Shown piece by piece: positions 39,615-53,850 of a DNA stretch of 64,000 nucleotides. The position numbers and the translations under genes are program-made. The stretch's first letter is position 1. Each line of letters begins with the position of its first letter. Origin of the DNA: Mobula birostris (taxonomy: Eukaryota); the NCBI RefSeq assembly GCF_030028105.1, contig NC_092370.1:35660643-35724642 (forward strand), read 5' to 3'. The notes beneath the pieces are model-generated. The model did not search any database. It saw only the letters and a program-made list of their open reading frames with translations, and was not told where the DNA came from.

Positions 39615-40990
39615 CTCTCTGTCTCCCAGTGTAGAGTGCCCTCCTGCTTCAAAATATCCACCATTGTCCCTGTACCTAAAAAGACCAAGATAACATGTCT
39701 GAATGATTGGCGTCCTGTTGCATTCACCTCAATAATAAGCAAATGCTTTGAGAGGCTGATAAAGGACTACATCTGCTGTATGCTGCCACACACAATGGAC
39801 CCCTTAAAATTCATGTATCGACACAACCGATTGACAGATGACGCAATAGCCATAGCCCTACACTCCATTTTTACACACCTGGAGAAGAGGGATGCTTATG
39901 TGAGAATGCTGTTCTTCACCATAATTCAACATTCTGCATAATCCAGCATTCAACATCATATTTCCCTCCAGACTAGACATGAAGTTAAGAGACCTCGGTC
40001 TTCATCCTACCTTGTGTAGCTGGATCCTGGACTTCCTGTTGGATCACCAGCAGGTGGTAAGAGTGGGCTGCCTCATCTCTATCCCTCTGACCCTCAACAC
40101 AGGAGCCCCTTGGGGCTGTGTGCTAAGCTTCCTCCTTTACTCTCTGACTGTGTCACCACCCACAGCTCCAACCTGCTAATTAAATTTGCTGACAATACTA
40201 CACTAATTGGCCTTGCCTCAAATAATAATGAGGCAGCCTACAAAGAAGAAGTCATCACCCTGATGCAGTGGTGTCAAGAAAACAACCTTTCCCTCAATGT
40301 CACAAAAACAACCTTTCCTTCAATGTCACAGAAACAAAGGAGTTATAGGAGGAATGGAGACAGGCTAGCCCCTATTGACATCAATGGATCTGGGCTTGAG
40401 AGGGTGAACAGCTTTAAGTTCCTTGGCATACATATCACCGAGGATCTCACGTGGTCTGTACATGCTGACTGTGGTGAGAAAGGCACAACGTTGCCTCTTT
40501 CACCTCTGATGGTTTAAGAAGTTTGGTATGGGCCCCCAAATTCTAAGGACTTTTCTACGGGGGCATCATTGAGAGCATCCTGACTGGCTGCATCACTGCT
40601 TGGTATGGGAACTATATTTCCCTCAATTGCAAGACTCCGCAGAGATTGTGGACAGCCCAGTGCATCTGTAGATGTGCAGTTCCCACTTTTCACGACATTT
40701 ATGGAGACAGGTACGTAAAAAAGGGTCCAAAGGATCATTGGGGACCCAAGTTACCCCAACCACAAACTGTTTCATCTGCTACCGTCTGGAAAACGGTACC
40801 GCAGCTTAAAAGCCAGGACCACTAGGCTCCAGGACAGCTTCTTCCACTGGGCCATCAGACTGATTAATTCACGCTGATACAATTGTATCTCTGTGCTATA
40901 TTAACTGTCCTGTTGTACATAGTATTTATTACAGATTACTATAAATTGCACAATCAGTTGGAGACGTAACGTTAAAATTTTTACTCCTTA
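39615..40990 (+). mobile_element. Rex1/Babar-like LINE RT to 3' end
   Basis: PSCFK..IVPVPKK..LNDWRPVA, GAP.GCVLS, KFADNT; AATAAAGT(CAATT)2 tail. Confidence 0.9.
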
Positions 40991-41125
40991 CGTATGTGAA
41001 GGATGTAAGAAATAAAGTCAATTCAATTCTTTTTTATTATTGAGATGGTGTATGGAATGTACCAAATTTATGTGGGTAAATTGTGACATAGACAACTTAA
41101 TGTTTGAAAAAGTACCAACTTCAAA

Positions 41126-41850
41126 TATGGGTTAATAATAGGAAATGTTTATAAACAGCATCATCAGAGTTCTTAGTAGTTATGAAGAATTTTACTTGCT
41201 ATCTTTCTAATGTTGCCATAATTGCCTGAATTGGGAAATCTTAGACTTGATCAATCTAGGCAGGTGTCCAAGTAGTTGGGAGCAACCTGGGAAGGTTTAA
41301 TGTCGGCACAGGAAGAATTGCACTTCAGCACAGAGGCAGAATTCCCTCCATGGCTGGAACTTCATAGCTTGTACAATTCATTTAATCTAATTGAGTGTTG
41401 GCAGGCTTGGCCAAGTAATGGTAGCACTTCCTCACAATACAAATCTTCATGAGGAAAGCATTGTCTCAAATTGATTAAGCTATTGGTGTTGTGGATGGAA
41501 TATGGGATAGGTTCCCCCAACCCCATGATTGAGTAGTAAAGGTTGGTAGAACGTCTTTGTTACTTGTATTGATCTTCACACCATTCTGAATCAGAAAGTG
41601 GCCTTTAAGATAAACAAAGTAGAGAATCTATACCAGAATGGAGAAGGTTACATTGCCTGAATTTTATTTGTCCTGATATCATCTTTTTTCTTCCTCCTCC
41701 CTCCCACCCATTCCAATTATTATGCTGAATGGGACCTTATGGGTTAATAATAGGAAATGTTTATAAACAGCATCGTCAGAGTTCTTGGCAGTCTTGAAGA
41801 ATTTTACTTGCTATCTTTCTAATGTTGCCATAATTGCCTGAATTGGGAAA
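41126..41850 (+). repeat. 113-bp direct duplication (41126-41238 and 41738-41850)
   Basis: TATGGGTTAATAATAGG...GAATTGGGAAA occurs twice, with 5 mismatches. Confidence 0.95.
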
Positions 41851-44800
41851 AGGGTGGGTTACACCTGAACCCAAAGGGGTCCAATATTCTAGCGGGCACA
41901 TTTAATAGAGCTGTTAAGGACGGTTTAAACTAATTTGGCAGGGGGATGGGAACCAGACTGATAGGGCTGAGGAAGGGGAAAACAGAAATAAATCAAAGAT
42001 GGCGTGCAACAGAGATTACAAAACAAACAGGTAGGAGATGAGGCTTAAAGCCAATGGCATGAGTTACAGGGCAATAGAGGCATGGTGCAGTTAAAACAGA
42101 AAGCAGCAATACTGGACTGAGTGTTGAATTTGAATGCACCTAGCATAAGGAATAAAATGGACAATCTTGATCTTCAGCTACAGATTGGCAAATATGACAT
42201 TGTGGCCATCTCTGAAACTTGGCTGAAGGATGACTGCCATTAGGAGCTGAACGTCCAAGGATATATGGTATATGGGAAAGATAGGTTAATAGGCAGAGTG
42301 GGTGGTGTGGCTCTGTGTATAACAAATAATATTAAATAATTAGAAAGGGATGACATAGGGTCAGAAGGTGTAGAGTCTCTATGGGTTGAGTTAAGAAATG
42401 GCAAGGGTAAAAGGACAGTAATGGCAGTTGTATACAGGCCTCCAAACAGCCAGGATGTGGATTACAAATTACAGCAGGAGATAGAAAAGATGTGTCAGAA
42501 AAGCAATGTGATGATAATCGTTGGGGATTTTAACATGAAAGTGGATTGGGAAAACTAAGTCAGTACTGGACCTCAAGAGGAAGAATCTGTAGAATGTCTA
42601 AGGGATGGCTTTTTAGAACAGCTTGTTTTTGAGCCCACTAGGGGATTGGTTGTGCTGGATTGGGTGTTGTGCAATGAGTCGGAGGTGATAAGAGAGCTTA
42701 AGGTTAAGGAACCTTTACGAAACGGTGAAATTTGAGAGGGAAAAAAATTAAATCCAATGCGTTGGTATTTTAGTGGAATAAAGGAAATTACAATGGCATG
42801 AGAGGGGAATTGGCCGAAGTTAGCTGGAAAGGGACATTTGCAGGAAAGACAGCACAGCAGCAATGGCTGGAGTTCCTGTGAAAAATGAGGGAAGTACAAG
42901 ACAGATATGTATATTCCAAATAGGAAGAAATTTTCAAAGGGAAGAAGGACACTACCGTGGCTGACAGGTGTAGTCAGAGTCAAAGTAAAAGTAAAAGCAA
43001 AAGAAAGGGCATACAAGGAAGCCAGAGCTAGTGGGAAGATAAAAGATTGATGGGCTTTTTAAAATATGCAGAAGGAAACCAAGAAGGTAATTCAGAAGGA
43101 AAAGATGAATTATGAGAGGAAGCTGGCGGCTAATATCAAAGAAGATACTAAAAGCCTTTTAAAATATATAATAGGTAAAAGAGAGTCGAGGATAGATATA
43201 GGACAATAGAAAATGAAACTGGAGATATTGTAATGGGAGACACAGAGATGGCAGAGGAACTAATTGCGTATTTTGCATCAGTCTTCACAGTGGAAGATGT
43301 TTGCAGTATGCCGGATATTCAAGAGTGTCAGGGAAGTGAAGTATTTGCAGTGAAAATTATGACTGAGAAGGTGCTCAGTAAGCTTAATGGTCTGAGGGTG
43401 GATAAATCTTGGGTTTTGAAGGAAGTAGCTGGAGAGATTGCGGAGGCATTAACGATGATCTTTCAAGAATCGATAGATTCTGGCATTGTACTGGATAACT
43501 GGAAAATTGCAAATGTTACTCCGCTATTTAAGAAGGGTGGGAGGCAGCAGAAAGGAAGCTGTAGACCTGTTAGCCTGACACCAGTGGTTGGGAAGTTGTT
43601 GGAATCGATTGTTAGGGATGAGATTACGAAGTACCTGGAGGCACATGACAAGATAGGCCAAAGCCAGCATGGTTTCCTGAAAGAAAGATCTGCCTGACAA
43701 ACCTACTGCAATTCTTTGAGGAAATTATAAACAGGGTTAAGAAAGGAGATGCAGTAGATGTGGTGTACTTGGATTTTCAGAAGACCTTTGACAAGGTGCT
43801 GCACATGAGGCTGCTTAGCAAGATAAGAGCCCATGGAATTACAAGGAAGTTACTAGCATGGGTGGAGCATTGGCTGGACGGCAGAAAACAGAGTGGGAGT
43901 AAATGGATCCTATTCTGGCTGGCTGCCGGGTACCAGTGGAGTTCCACAGGGTCAGTGTTTTTATGATGTATGTCAATGATTTGGACTGTGGTATTAATGG
44001 GTTTGTTGCTAAGTTTGCTGATGATACAAAGATAGGTGGAGGAGCGGGTAGTGTTGAGGAAACAGAGAGCCTGCAGAGAGACTTAGATAGTTTAAGAGAG
44101 TGGGCAAGGAAGTGGCAAATGAAATACAATGTGGAAAAGTGTATGGTCATGCACTTTGATGGAAGAAATAAATGGGGAGAGAATTAAAAATGCAGAGATG
44201 CAAAGGACTTGGGAGTCTTTGTGCAAGATACCCTAAAGTTTAACCTCCAGGTTGAGTCGGTTGTGAAGAAGGCATATGCAATGTTGGTACTCATTTCTAG
44301 AGGTATAGAATATAAGTGCAGGGATGTGATGTTGAGGCTCTATAAGGTACTGTATTGTGTGCAGTTTGGGGCTCCTTATTTTAGAAGGGATATACTGACT
44401 TTGGAGAGGGTCCAGAGAGGTTTCATGAGAATGATTCCAGGAAGGAAAGGGTTACTGTATGAGGAACATCTGGCAGCTCTTGGGCTGTATTCCCTGGAGT
44501 TCAGGAGAATGAGGGGGGATCTCATAAAAACATTCCAAATGTTAAAAGGCCTGGACGGATTAGATATGGCAAAGTTATTTCCCATGATAGGGGAGTCTCG
44601 GACAAGAAGGCATGACTTCAGGATTGAAGGATGTCCATTTAGAAGAGAGGTGCAGAGAAATTACTTTAGTCAGAGGGTGGTAAATCTGTGGAATTTGTTG
44701 CCACGAGCGGCTGTGGAGGCCAAGTCATTCAGTGTATTTAAGGCAGAGATAGGTTCTTGATTAGCCAGGGCATCAAAGGGTATGAGGTGAAAGCAGGGGT

Positions 44801-44902
44801 CTGGGGATGAGTGGAAGAATTGGATCAGCTCATGATTGAGTGGTGGAGCAGGCTTGATGGCCCGAATGGCCTACTTCTGCTCCTATATCTTATGGTCTTA
44901 TC
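41851..44902 (+). mobile_element. CR1 LINE (ORF1 end + decayed full ORF2 + 3'UTR)
   Basis: GLHLNPKG.NILAG (ORF1 esterase end), endonuclease, WKIANVTPLFKKG, KFADDTK, TTATGGTCTTAT tail. Confidence 0.95.
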
Positions 44903-46813
44903 TCACACCATTTCCCATTCAACTATGGGCATCTGCAGCTCACATGAGATGATGTACACAGTTATTGGAAAATATTTAATTGTCCCACCTAATAGTCACC
45001 TTTGTCTTTTTGTAATGCTGCAAAAATATTGCATATGCTATTGAATTCAGACAGTGTCATTTTCTTTTGATGAATTAGTCAGATCTTCCTTTCAGACTGT
45101 AATCAAATTTCTTTCTTGCAAGTGACTGTCAGCCATCTTTCATTTTTTTATTAGAAACAGAATTGCTTTTAATGTCAGTGACTGCCCACGTGATCACTAT
45201 AGAGCTATGAATGTATTTTTAAAAAATGACAAACGCCCATAAAATGATATGGTCTACTTGACTTCCCTCATTTAATTATAATATCCTGCTCAGGTTAAAG
45301 TTTTATACTTAGAAACTAGCATAAAAGTGTGTTTTTTTTAAAATGGCAAATTTGCCAGCACGATTCATGAATAAAAATGAAATGGAAACAACTAGTTGTT
45401 TTCTGATTTTTGCTATTCTGATAGATAATTATTAAAATATTTATTATCACCTCAGATATTAGACTTCCTAGAACATTGGGTTACAGGACAAAGACTGCCA
45501 TATTTGGCGCTATATTGAAACTAGCTGCAGCGATGGGGAAATTGACAAAATAAAGGTTATAAAGTTGTGGTCTTTGCATGCTGATCCCTTTCCCTCACAT
45601 AAATGCAAGGATCAGATTATTATCAACTCTTGCATCATTTTTTAATCTTTTCTGTCAACACTTATTTCCATGTTGTGGCTCTTATTAGCTGTAACTGGTA
45701 TTTCTGTGAATTCTTGATGCTTCATAATTATTTATGTCAGTGTTAAAGGGCAGGTGGTTGACTTTCTACACCCCACTCCCACTCCCCCCGAAGAATCCAT
45801 TTTCTCTAAAATTCTATAAACAGTTTTGTGTGACCTGTTTGAGGAAAAGATTGAAAATGCCTGGTCAGAACAGTCAAGCAGGGCATACTCCTGGAGCTGC
45901 AAACTACTCAACTATAATTTTGTACGTTTTAAGAAGAATTTGCTATTTTTCTCCATGAGCAAAAGTACTTTGTGCCATACCTTATCGAAGCTGTGCTGCA
46001 GTGTTTTTATGCCAATGGTATTATTAGATGTTAAAGATTTACTCTGTGGCACTCCTGTCTGATCACATCCTGTACTTTTGCCCAAGAAACTTACATGTGG
46101 GGTTGAGTTCTTTCATTTTTGTTCTTGGAAATACTGTACTTGAGTGGTTGGTGAAACTGAAGGGAGTGGCATTTTGTCCATAATTAGAGATTCTCGTTTT
46201 AAGAATAGGTAAATTACCTCAGTTCATCCACTGAGTTTTCTCATGCATCTTGGCATGATTTTTCAAAATAAGTTGTCTTGAAAGGCACTGGAGATGAGTT
46301 ATCCACGCAGATGCTTTCCTCTTTGGCTGCTTCACTACATTGCAGAGGGTGTCATTTTCAGTGCTTTCTGACCCTCCCTGCAGTTGGTTGAATTGTTTAG
46401 GACCAAGTGCAGAATTTCTTTATGAGCACATGTGCAATTCGGTATTTTCAGATTGTATTTTCCACTTTTGTCTTCTGTTGCCATCGTTCATGTCTTTGGT
46501 TTGCCTTAAAATCTTTCAAGAGAATAAAAATGAAGTTTTACCAAACTGCTTCCCCTTGAAATTAATGTCTATATGTTTGTTTACAATATTGCTGAGGTGA
46601 TGACTGTCGTAGAGACAAAGTATCATATGCATAAAAATGTTGTCTTGTATTCTTTGGTGCCTCTATGTCTGTAGAGGGAGAAGTAACAGTTGATAATTCA
46701 CGTTGAAGTTTTTTGTATATCAGAAGTGGATAATGGTTGGATGTAACAAGTTTTTATAGTCGGGAAAGGCTGGTGGAAAGAGCACAGGGGAAGCCTGTCG
46801 TAGGGAGACAATA

Positions 46814-47667
46814 CAGGTTGAGCACCCCCTTATCTGAAATGCTTGGGGCTGGAAGCGTATTGGATTTCAGATTTTTTTTGGATTTTGGAATATTTACTTC
46901 TATATAATGAGATACCTTGGGAATGGGACTCAAGCCTAAAGATGAAATCCATTTACTTTACATATATACAGCTTACATATATACCCTGATGGTAGTTTTA
47001 TATAATTTTAAATGTGCATTAAGCAATAAGGTGTACATTTTTGTATATATCAGAAAGGTAAGCTATTGTACCTTAGCCACCCAGGTGGCCAGTCAATGGC
47101 TGTTTGGCATCGCCATTATTTCCGACTCTGAATTTATGTGCTACCAGTAAGCAGCCTTTGCCTTGCACTCAGTTGTCACACATGTACTGATGCCGCGTGT
47201 TGGATTTTTATTAGCAGTGAACTTGGCAAATTCATCAGTGAATTTCTCTGCTGCTTCGTGATCAGCAGATAGATGCTTTATCAGCAGAAGTCTTTAAAAA
47301 AAAATATAATGCTGTTCCTTAAATTTTTTGCACCAACCTGCTGAATATTCACAATTGCCTTTGTTGTGGTAGATCTTTGCTTGCTTCTTGATCAGCATAC
47401 TGTTAAGCTGCATTTGTTCATTCCATTGCTGACAACTCCACTCTTTCAGCACATGATTGAGATCTCCATCTTTCACTTTGTTCAGTGCTTTTCTATTTTT
47501 CATTAACTTCTGTTCATTACATGTGTGAGGTCACTTCTTGGAAATTTGTGATGCACAGAAACCTGCGAACCTTTCCAATGCCTTACGGAATTTTCCATTT
47601 GTGTTGTCATGTCAGTGCTCAGAAAATATTCATATTTTTGAATTTCGGATAAAGGGTTTTCAACCTG
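46814..47667 (-). mobile_element. Tigger (pogo) element, internally deleted, with CENP-B-type HTH fragment
   Basis: TA|CAGGTTGAGCACCCCCTTATCTGAAA ... TTTCGGATAAAGGGTTTTCAACCTG; ORF 47294-47503 DLNHVLKEW..LIKKQAK..YSAGW..KFK..H. Confidence 0.9.
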
Positions 47668-48964
47668 TGTAGGACAAAGGAGATGTTAACGGCAGAAGTA
47701 AAGAAAGAAAAGATGCATTCAGACATGAGCCCTATAGCAAATCAATTTGATTCTTTGCTTTTAAAATAAAGTGATGGGAATATTTGGTATTTCCCCACTT
47801 TTTTGAGTGCTCAATGTTCATTAACATCCCTAGAGATGTTTGGATGAGTACAAGAATAGTAGAGGTTTGGATGGCTATGGTCCAGATGGGGATTGATGGG
47901 ACTAGGCTGTTTAAATGATTTGTCATGGACTAAATAGACTGAGTAGCTTTTTTCTATGGCTTTATGACCAACAGACTTTGTGAAAAAAACTGATTAAATA
48001 TTAGCCAATTTTGGTTGATAAAATTATTAGAGAAACATTCTTTAAGTACAAATACAGGATAATATATTGGTGAAGTACACAGCTATTTTGTTTTTACAGC
48101 TCACGCCAGGCAAATAACTCATTCCTTAATGCCAACAAGACAAAGCTGGTGGTTATTTATTGCAGGAAATAATTACTCTGGATCTGATGCAGCACAAAAA
48201 ACCCACAAAACATAAAAGAACATAATATTTAAAACCACAATAAATATAAATACATAAGAAAGGTTATACAGATTGATTGTATGTCCATAAAGTGACTCTA
48301 GGCTGTTCTTAAGGTCACTGACAGGAAATAATAAAGTAGTGGAATAATAGATATGTAATGTTGGATACTGAGCAGGTCTGTTAGAATCTCTACAAAGTAG
48401 AGACACCATGTTCATTAAGAGCGTTTCATGACTGCAAGATGTTTCATAGTTGGTGAAATACCAAGAACTAGAGAAACTCGGCAGTTACGTTTGTGGATGA
48501 ATATTTTACATATTTAATTGTGCTTCCTCATTGTTCACTTGCCATGAGATGAAACATTCAATTAACTTTGTGGTTGTTTTTAGGAATGACAGGCCACAAC
48601 CCAGCTATGACAAATTTCAGAGAATAGAAACTTTAGTTTGAGCAACTATGCATTAAGTTGACAGGATGTAGCTCACCATTTGGGAAATGTCAAAACGTGA
48701 CAAATTGCCAGTATTTGACTGCATCTCTTTGCTACTTGGGAACTACAGTATTTCTTTACAAGCTGACTTCATTATAAGCCAGTTTGACTTATTTACAGGT
48801 AGGTTCTTTTCTTTACCCTCCAACAAATTCACAACCTAATTTGAGTGTTTTATGAAGAAGGAGGCATGTTTTCAGATTAACAAAAATGCCATTGCTCTTG
48901 GCTGTACTTGCTCAGACACTGTTTTAAAGTCTTTGGCATGTTATTAATTAAAGCAACGTAAACA

Positions 48965-49905
48965 CAGTGGATTCTAGTTAATTGGGCCTATATTAATCAG
49001 GGCAGCCGATAAGAGCGGACAACTCTTGAACAAAAACAAATCAAGAAAATAGCTGGGACAGTATGCCGCTTAATTGATACAGGAGACTTACCAAACAATT
49101 TCTAACCAGCATGAGTTGAGTGTGAGTGCACGTGTGTGGCCGTTAAACACGGCACTGTTTGTTTCTCGTGTTTTGTTGCTTCAGAACATTAAACTAATTC
49201 AAAAGAAGGCATGGGAGTTCGGGAATGCAGGTCAAACTGTGTTTACCTAAATGAGGCGTGCACTTGTCGTGTGGTAGAGTGATGATGTATGCAATTCATG
49301 TACTAGTACATAAAACTCAAAGAATTATTTAAACAAAGGAGAACACTTGATCAACCAAAAAACATTTTTTTTGAGTGTGTGTGTGTATATACATATTCAA
49401 ATATTGCTAAAATATTAAATAACAACACCATTCTTAGAGTGAACAGTTTTTAAATAGTGTCAGTTATTTGGTGATCAAAATGTAGTGGTTTTTGTCACTG
49501 ATAGTTGGCAAGTAATGAGCAGTAAGACAATTCAAAGCTGCTTTTCCCACTTGTGGTTTCGAGCATTCAGGCTGGGAGATACCAGAAGTGGCAAAGAGTG
49601 AAAATTAAACTGTTTCATTATGTTAAGTTTGGAACTATGAGGAATTTGAAGGTAATGGCAAATATCTTGAATGTTGCAATGAAAGTGAAGATTTTGAGGA
49701 TGCAGTTGTCAAAAGCATTGTTTGAAGGCAGTCCATTATCTGCACTTGGCATCTGCTGATTTTGTCCATATACAGTCAAATCAAAAGATGGCAGCGATGA
49801 ATTCTGTCAGACTATTAGGAACTATTATATTGTTTTATAGTACTGTAGTAGTTTTGGTAGTGTTCTAATTTGTTCTATGTTTCATTTAAATATGTAATTT
49901 ATTTC
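48965..49905. mobile_element. Probable Tigger/TcMar-like non-autonomous element, split by a solo LTR
   Basis: Left end CAGTGGATTCTAGTTAATTGGG; right TIR not seen. Confidence 0.4.
49160..49427 (-). mobile_element. Solo LTR (Gypsy-like), 268 bp
   Basis: TGTT...AACA termini; flanks CTGTT and CCATT are both single CpG-decay products of CCGTT (5-bp TSD). Strand is tentative. Confidence 0.65.
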
Positions 49906-50429
49906 TCGGTTAAAATAACTGAAAGATTAGCTATCTGGCACTTTACCAACCGGCATGGTTTAGTTCCCTGAAATCCTGGGGGAGTGCTTGGGTCAACTCC
50001 AGGGCAATGCTGAGGACATGCCTGCACTGATATTGAATAGATGCCCATGTTGATTTTGGGGATTTTGGTTGAATGCCAGTGAAGTACCTCTACTGACATT
50101 GAGTTGGCTGGCATTTGCCTCAAATCACGGCATTGCACAGTGTCAGTACACTGGGGGCACTTTGTGCTTTCTTGAATGCTGTGTAGAAATTAATGCTAAA
50201 TTAGTTGCTGCAGAATAATGTATGAGTGTGTATCTTGGTCTGGAGTGCTGTTTAATTCTTATAAGTTAAGGAAAACTGTCAGTTCAGAAGCAAATTAAGG
50301 AAAAAATGTGGGTTATAGAATGTTATAAATGCATGTTATAACATGATATAATATAATATCATTATGGTATAACATGCTATGGTTTATCAAATGTAACACA
50401 CACAAATGCTGGAGGAACTCAGCAGAGTC

Positions 50430-51330
50430 AAGATGGATTTGGTCAATGGAAGACACCAGTGAGTCGGCCGCTGGTTTAAACTTTCAGTAGCCCAAAAGGG
50501 GTGAGTTGAGATCGATCCAGAGTATTGATAAATGACTCTCATAAGTTGCTGCATCTGGAAGCAACTGCAGGGAGGGGAGAGAAAGGTTTGAAACAGAAGA
50601 AACTTAGTGACAAAAGAGGTCACTGTTTGGACTCTCTCCAAGTAGCCCATAAGGGTGAGTTTGATTCCATTTGAATACGAAAATGTGACTGTCACATAGT
50701 TAATCCACAGGAGTTGGTTCTTTGGTGAGGGGAAAACCTTTGTGAATATCATATGTGTGTTTACCCTTTGTCTGGTTGTGGTAGTTCACTGAAGAAAGAC
50801 ACCCTGTGGCAAATCACTGTTGGAGTTATTTCATATGTCGTGGAACTGGATAGATGGCTATCAAGTTGTGTATGATTGGGGTAACCTTGTGGAATCTACG
50901 GGTGTGTCGACCCTTGCCTGGATGGTGGTTCCCTTGAAGAGGGTCCCCTTTGTGATAAGCTACTGTTGATGATAGTCCATATGTGGATTTGGTTTGAGTA
51001 TCCTGTGGCCACCACTTTGGGATGTCCCATAGCTGAATTCGGGTGTGGTACCACTTAAGGATATTTGTTGAAGATCACTGTTGTTGATACTTTGTGTGTG
51101 GAGTGGAACAACTTTGGAGATAAAAACCTACTGCCATTGTTATTTTGTATTGCTGTCGTGGAATCTGGAATATTGACGTAATTGCCTTCTCACAACAGTC
51201 GCCTTGGATTACAAATATCTCCCTCATAATAACAACAATAACAATAAAATAGTGGTTTTTAACAGCAAAACCAGACTCCAGGTGTGTTCTATTGCCACTG
51301 ATATTTTTACAGGGTTGCGTATACGTGACA
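50430..51330 (+). mobile_element. 5'-truncated LTR-like repeat
   Basis: AATAAA (~51243) about 80 bp before a CGTGACA terminus; internal CACTGTTG...GTGGA subrepeats; abuts a Penelope terminal fragment (50390-50428). Confidence 0.5.
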
Positions 51331-51374
51331 TTAAATTGGATGTCAGCACATACATTCCTGTACATTAAAGTACA

Positions 51375-52530
51375 TGGATGTCACCACATACATTCCTGTG
51401 ACTAATTTCCTTGTGGGCATACTCAATAAATCCGTAATAGAATCAATGAAAGACCACTGCAATGTGGGCACTCAACCAGTGTGCAAATACAAAAAGAAAT
51501 AAATAAGCAATAAATATCAGGAACATGAGAGAAGTCCTTGCAAGTGAGTCCATAGGCTGTGGGAACATTTCAATGATAGGGCAAGTGAAGCTGAGTCATA
51601 TTGTCCCTTTTGGTTCAAGGGCCTGATGGTTGAGAGGTAATAACTATTCCTGAACCTTGTCGTCTGAGCCGTGAGGCTCCTGTATTTTCTCCCTGATGGC
51701 AACAGTGAGAAGAGAGCATCCCTGATGAGGAATGCTGCTTTCCTGCAACTGTGCTCCGTGGTGGAGAGGGCATTACCCGTGATGGACTGGGCCATATCCG
51801 CTACTTTTTGTAGGATTTTCTGTTCAAGTGCATTGGTGCTTCCATACCAGCCTGTGATGCAGCCAGTCTATATGCTCCAACACATCTAGAGGCACTGCCA
51901 CGCTTTCTTTGTAATTGTGTTTACGTACTGGGCCCTGGACAAGTCCTCTGCAATGCTGAGGAATTTAAAGCTGTTGACCCTCTCAGCTCTGATCCCCACT
52001 GATAACTGGCGCATGGACCTTTGGTTTCCACCTCCAAAAGTCAACAATCAGCTTCCTTCTGGGTCTTGCTGACATTGAGTGAGGTTGTTGTGGCACCAGT
52101 GAGCCAGAATTTCAATATCCTTGTATGCTGATTCATCGCCAGCTTTGATTCAGCCTGTGACAGTGGTGTCATCAGCAAACACATATGGCATTGGAGCAGA
52201 GCTTAGCCACACAGTCATAAGTGTAAAGTGAGTAGAGCAGGACTCTAAGCACACAGCCTTATGATGTACCTGTGCTGATGGAGATTGTGGGGGAGATGTT
52301 GTCGCCAATCTGAACTGACTGGGCACATGAGGAAATCGAGGACCCAATTGCACAGTGAGGTATGGATCCAAGGTCTTAAAGCTTATTGATTACCATTCAG
52401 GGGATGATGGTATTGAATTCCAAACGGTGGATGACGTATGTTTCTTTGCTGTCCAGATGTTCTAGGGTTGTGTGAAGAGCCAATGAGATGGCACCTGCTG
52501 TGGACCTGTTGCAGTGGTAGGCAAATTGGA
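51375..52530 (-). mobile_element. Rex1/Babar-like LINE fragment
   Basis: LQFAY..NRST..AISLALH, FADDTTV, FSLLPSGRKYR..RFRNSY. Confidence 0.85.
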
Positions 52531-53399
52531 GTGCGCTTCCTGTAAATTTGAGGAACAAATTAGAGCAAAGTAGATGAACAGATGAGCAAATTGACAGAAT
52601 TTGTGGATGATTGACCCTTTTAGGATCAGTCGATTTCATCTGTACTTGGGTGTACTTTTAAGGCTCGTAGGAGTCTTAACTGAAAGCTTTATTCTTTTAA
52701 TAAACTTGCTTCCTTCAGTTACTTCTTCAAATGTTTTAATTTGGTAGAAGTTATTAAAATGTTCACAGCCAAGGCCATTTTCAAGGAAGTGCAGTTTGTC
52801 TGTCTTCACTAGGACATCTTCATTCCTGGGTTTTGCCAGTTGGAGAGAAATAGCCTGATGACAGAAAAAATGTAGAATTCAAATTGGGAATCCTGTTCAT
52901 TGTGTTCCCTGTATTTGGTTGTCGTTGTGAAAATTTCTCATGCTTTCAGAAGCTTTACAAATAAGAACCTGCAGTGGGGAAAGAAAAGGTTTTTGTATTT
53001 AGAATGAACAGCATGTCAGTACAAGTAGATTCCAATTTAGTTTTCTTTTGCAATTTTTTTCAAGGTCCAGTGCTCATGGATTTTAGTGTATATTTGGAGA
53101 TTGTGTTCAAAATGTGAAATAAAAATTATTCAAAATCTTTACATTTGCTATTACAATTGATGACTTGCAGCATTGCATTTCAAAAGTAATCCGTCAGATC
53201 TCATGATTTTCTAAACTTCAGGAAATATTTAGTTTTATTTGACAAATGCTTGTAGCAAAGTGTTTACATAAGTTAATATTTTATGACTTTATCTTTCTGT
53301 TGTAATGCTCAATTTAACAGGCATACAATTGTCACCTCGAAGCTTAAATTTCATTACAATATAGTTTTACCATTATAATTTGAAGGTGGTTATTTAATT

Positions 53400-53850
53400 A
53401 AGACCTTAAGAAACAGGAACGGTATTAAACCATTCAGCCCATCAAGTCTGCTCTGCCATTCTATCATGGCTTCTTTGTTATATCCCTCACCAAATTTTCT
53501 ACTTTCTCCCTGTAACCTTTGCCCTTACTAGTCAAAGACCTATCAACCTCTACCTCAAATTGCACAGTCGTCTGTGACCATGAATTCCAGATTCACCACC
53601 CTCTAGCTAAAGAAAATTTTCCTCATCTCTGTTCTCAATGGATGTCCGTCTATCCTGATGCTGTGCCCTCTGGTCCGAGGCTCACCCACTATGGGAAACG
53701 TTCTGTCCGCATCCACTCTATCTAAGCCTTTCAATATTAAATAGCTTTCTATGAAGTCTCTCACATTTCTTTGAAGCTCCAGTGAGTACAGGTCCAGAGC
53801 CACCAAACTCCTCGTATGTTGACTCTTTCATTCCTGGGATCATTCTTGTG
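53400..53850 (-). mobile_element. CR1 3' fragment
   Basis: LYSLE..ILKGLDRVD..RTRGHS. Confidence 0.85.

Noticed and set aside
51328-51400. ~35-bp tandem duplication (GGATGTCA.CACATACATTCCTGT)
   Set aside because: Ordinary local duplication at the LTR/LINE tail junction.
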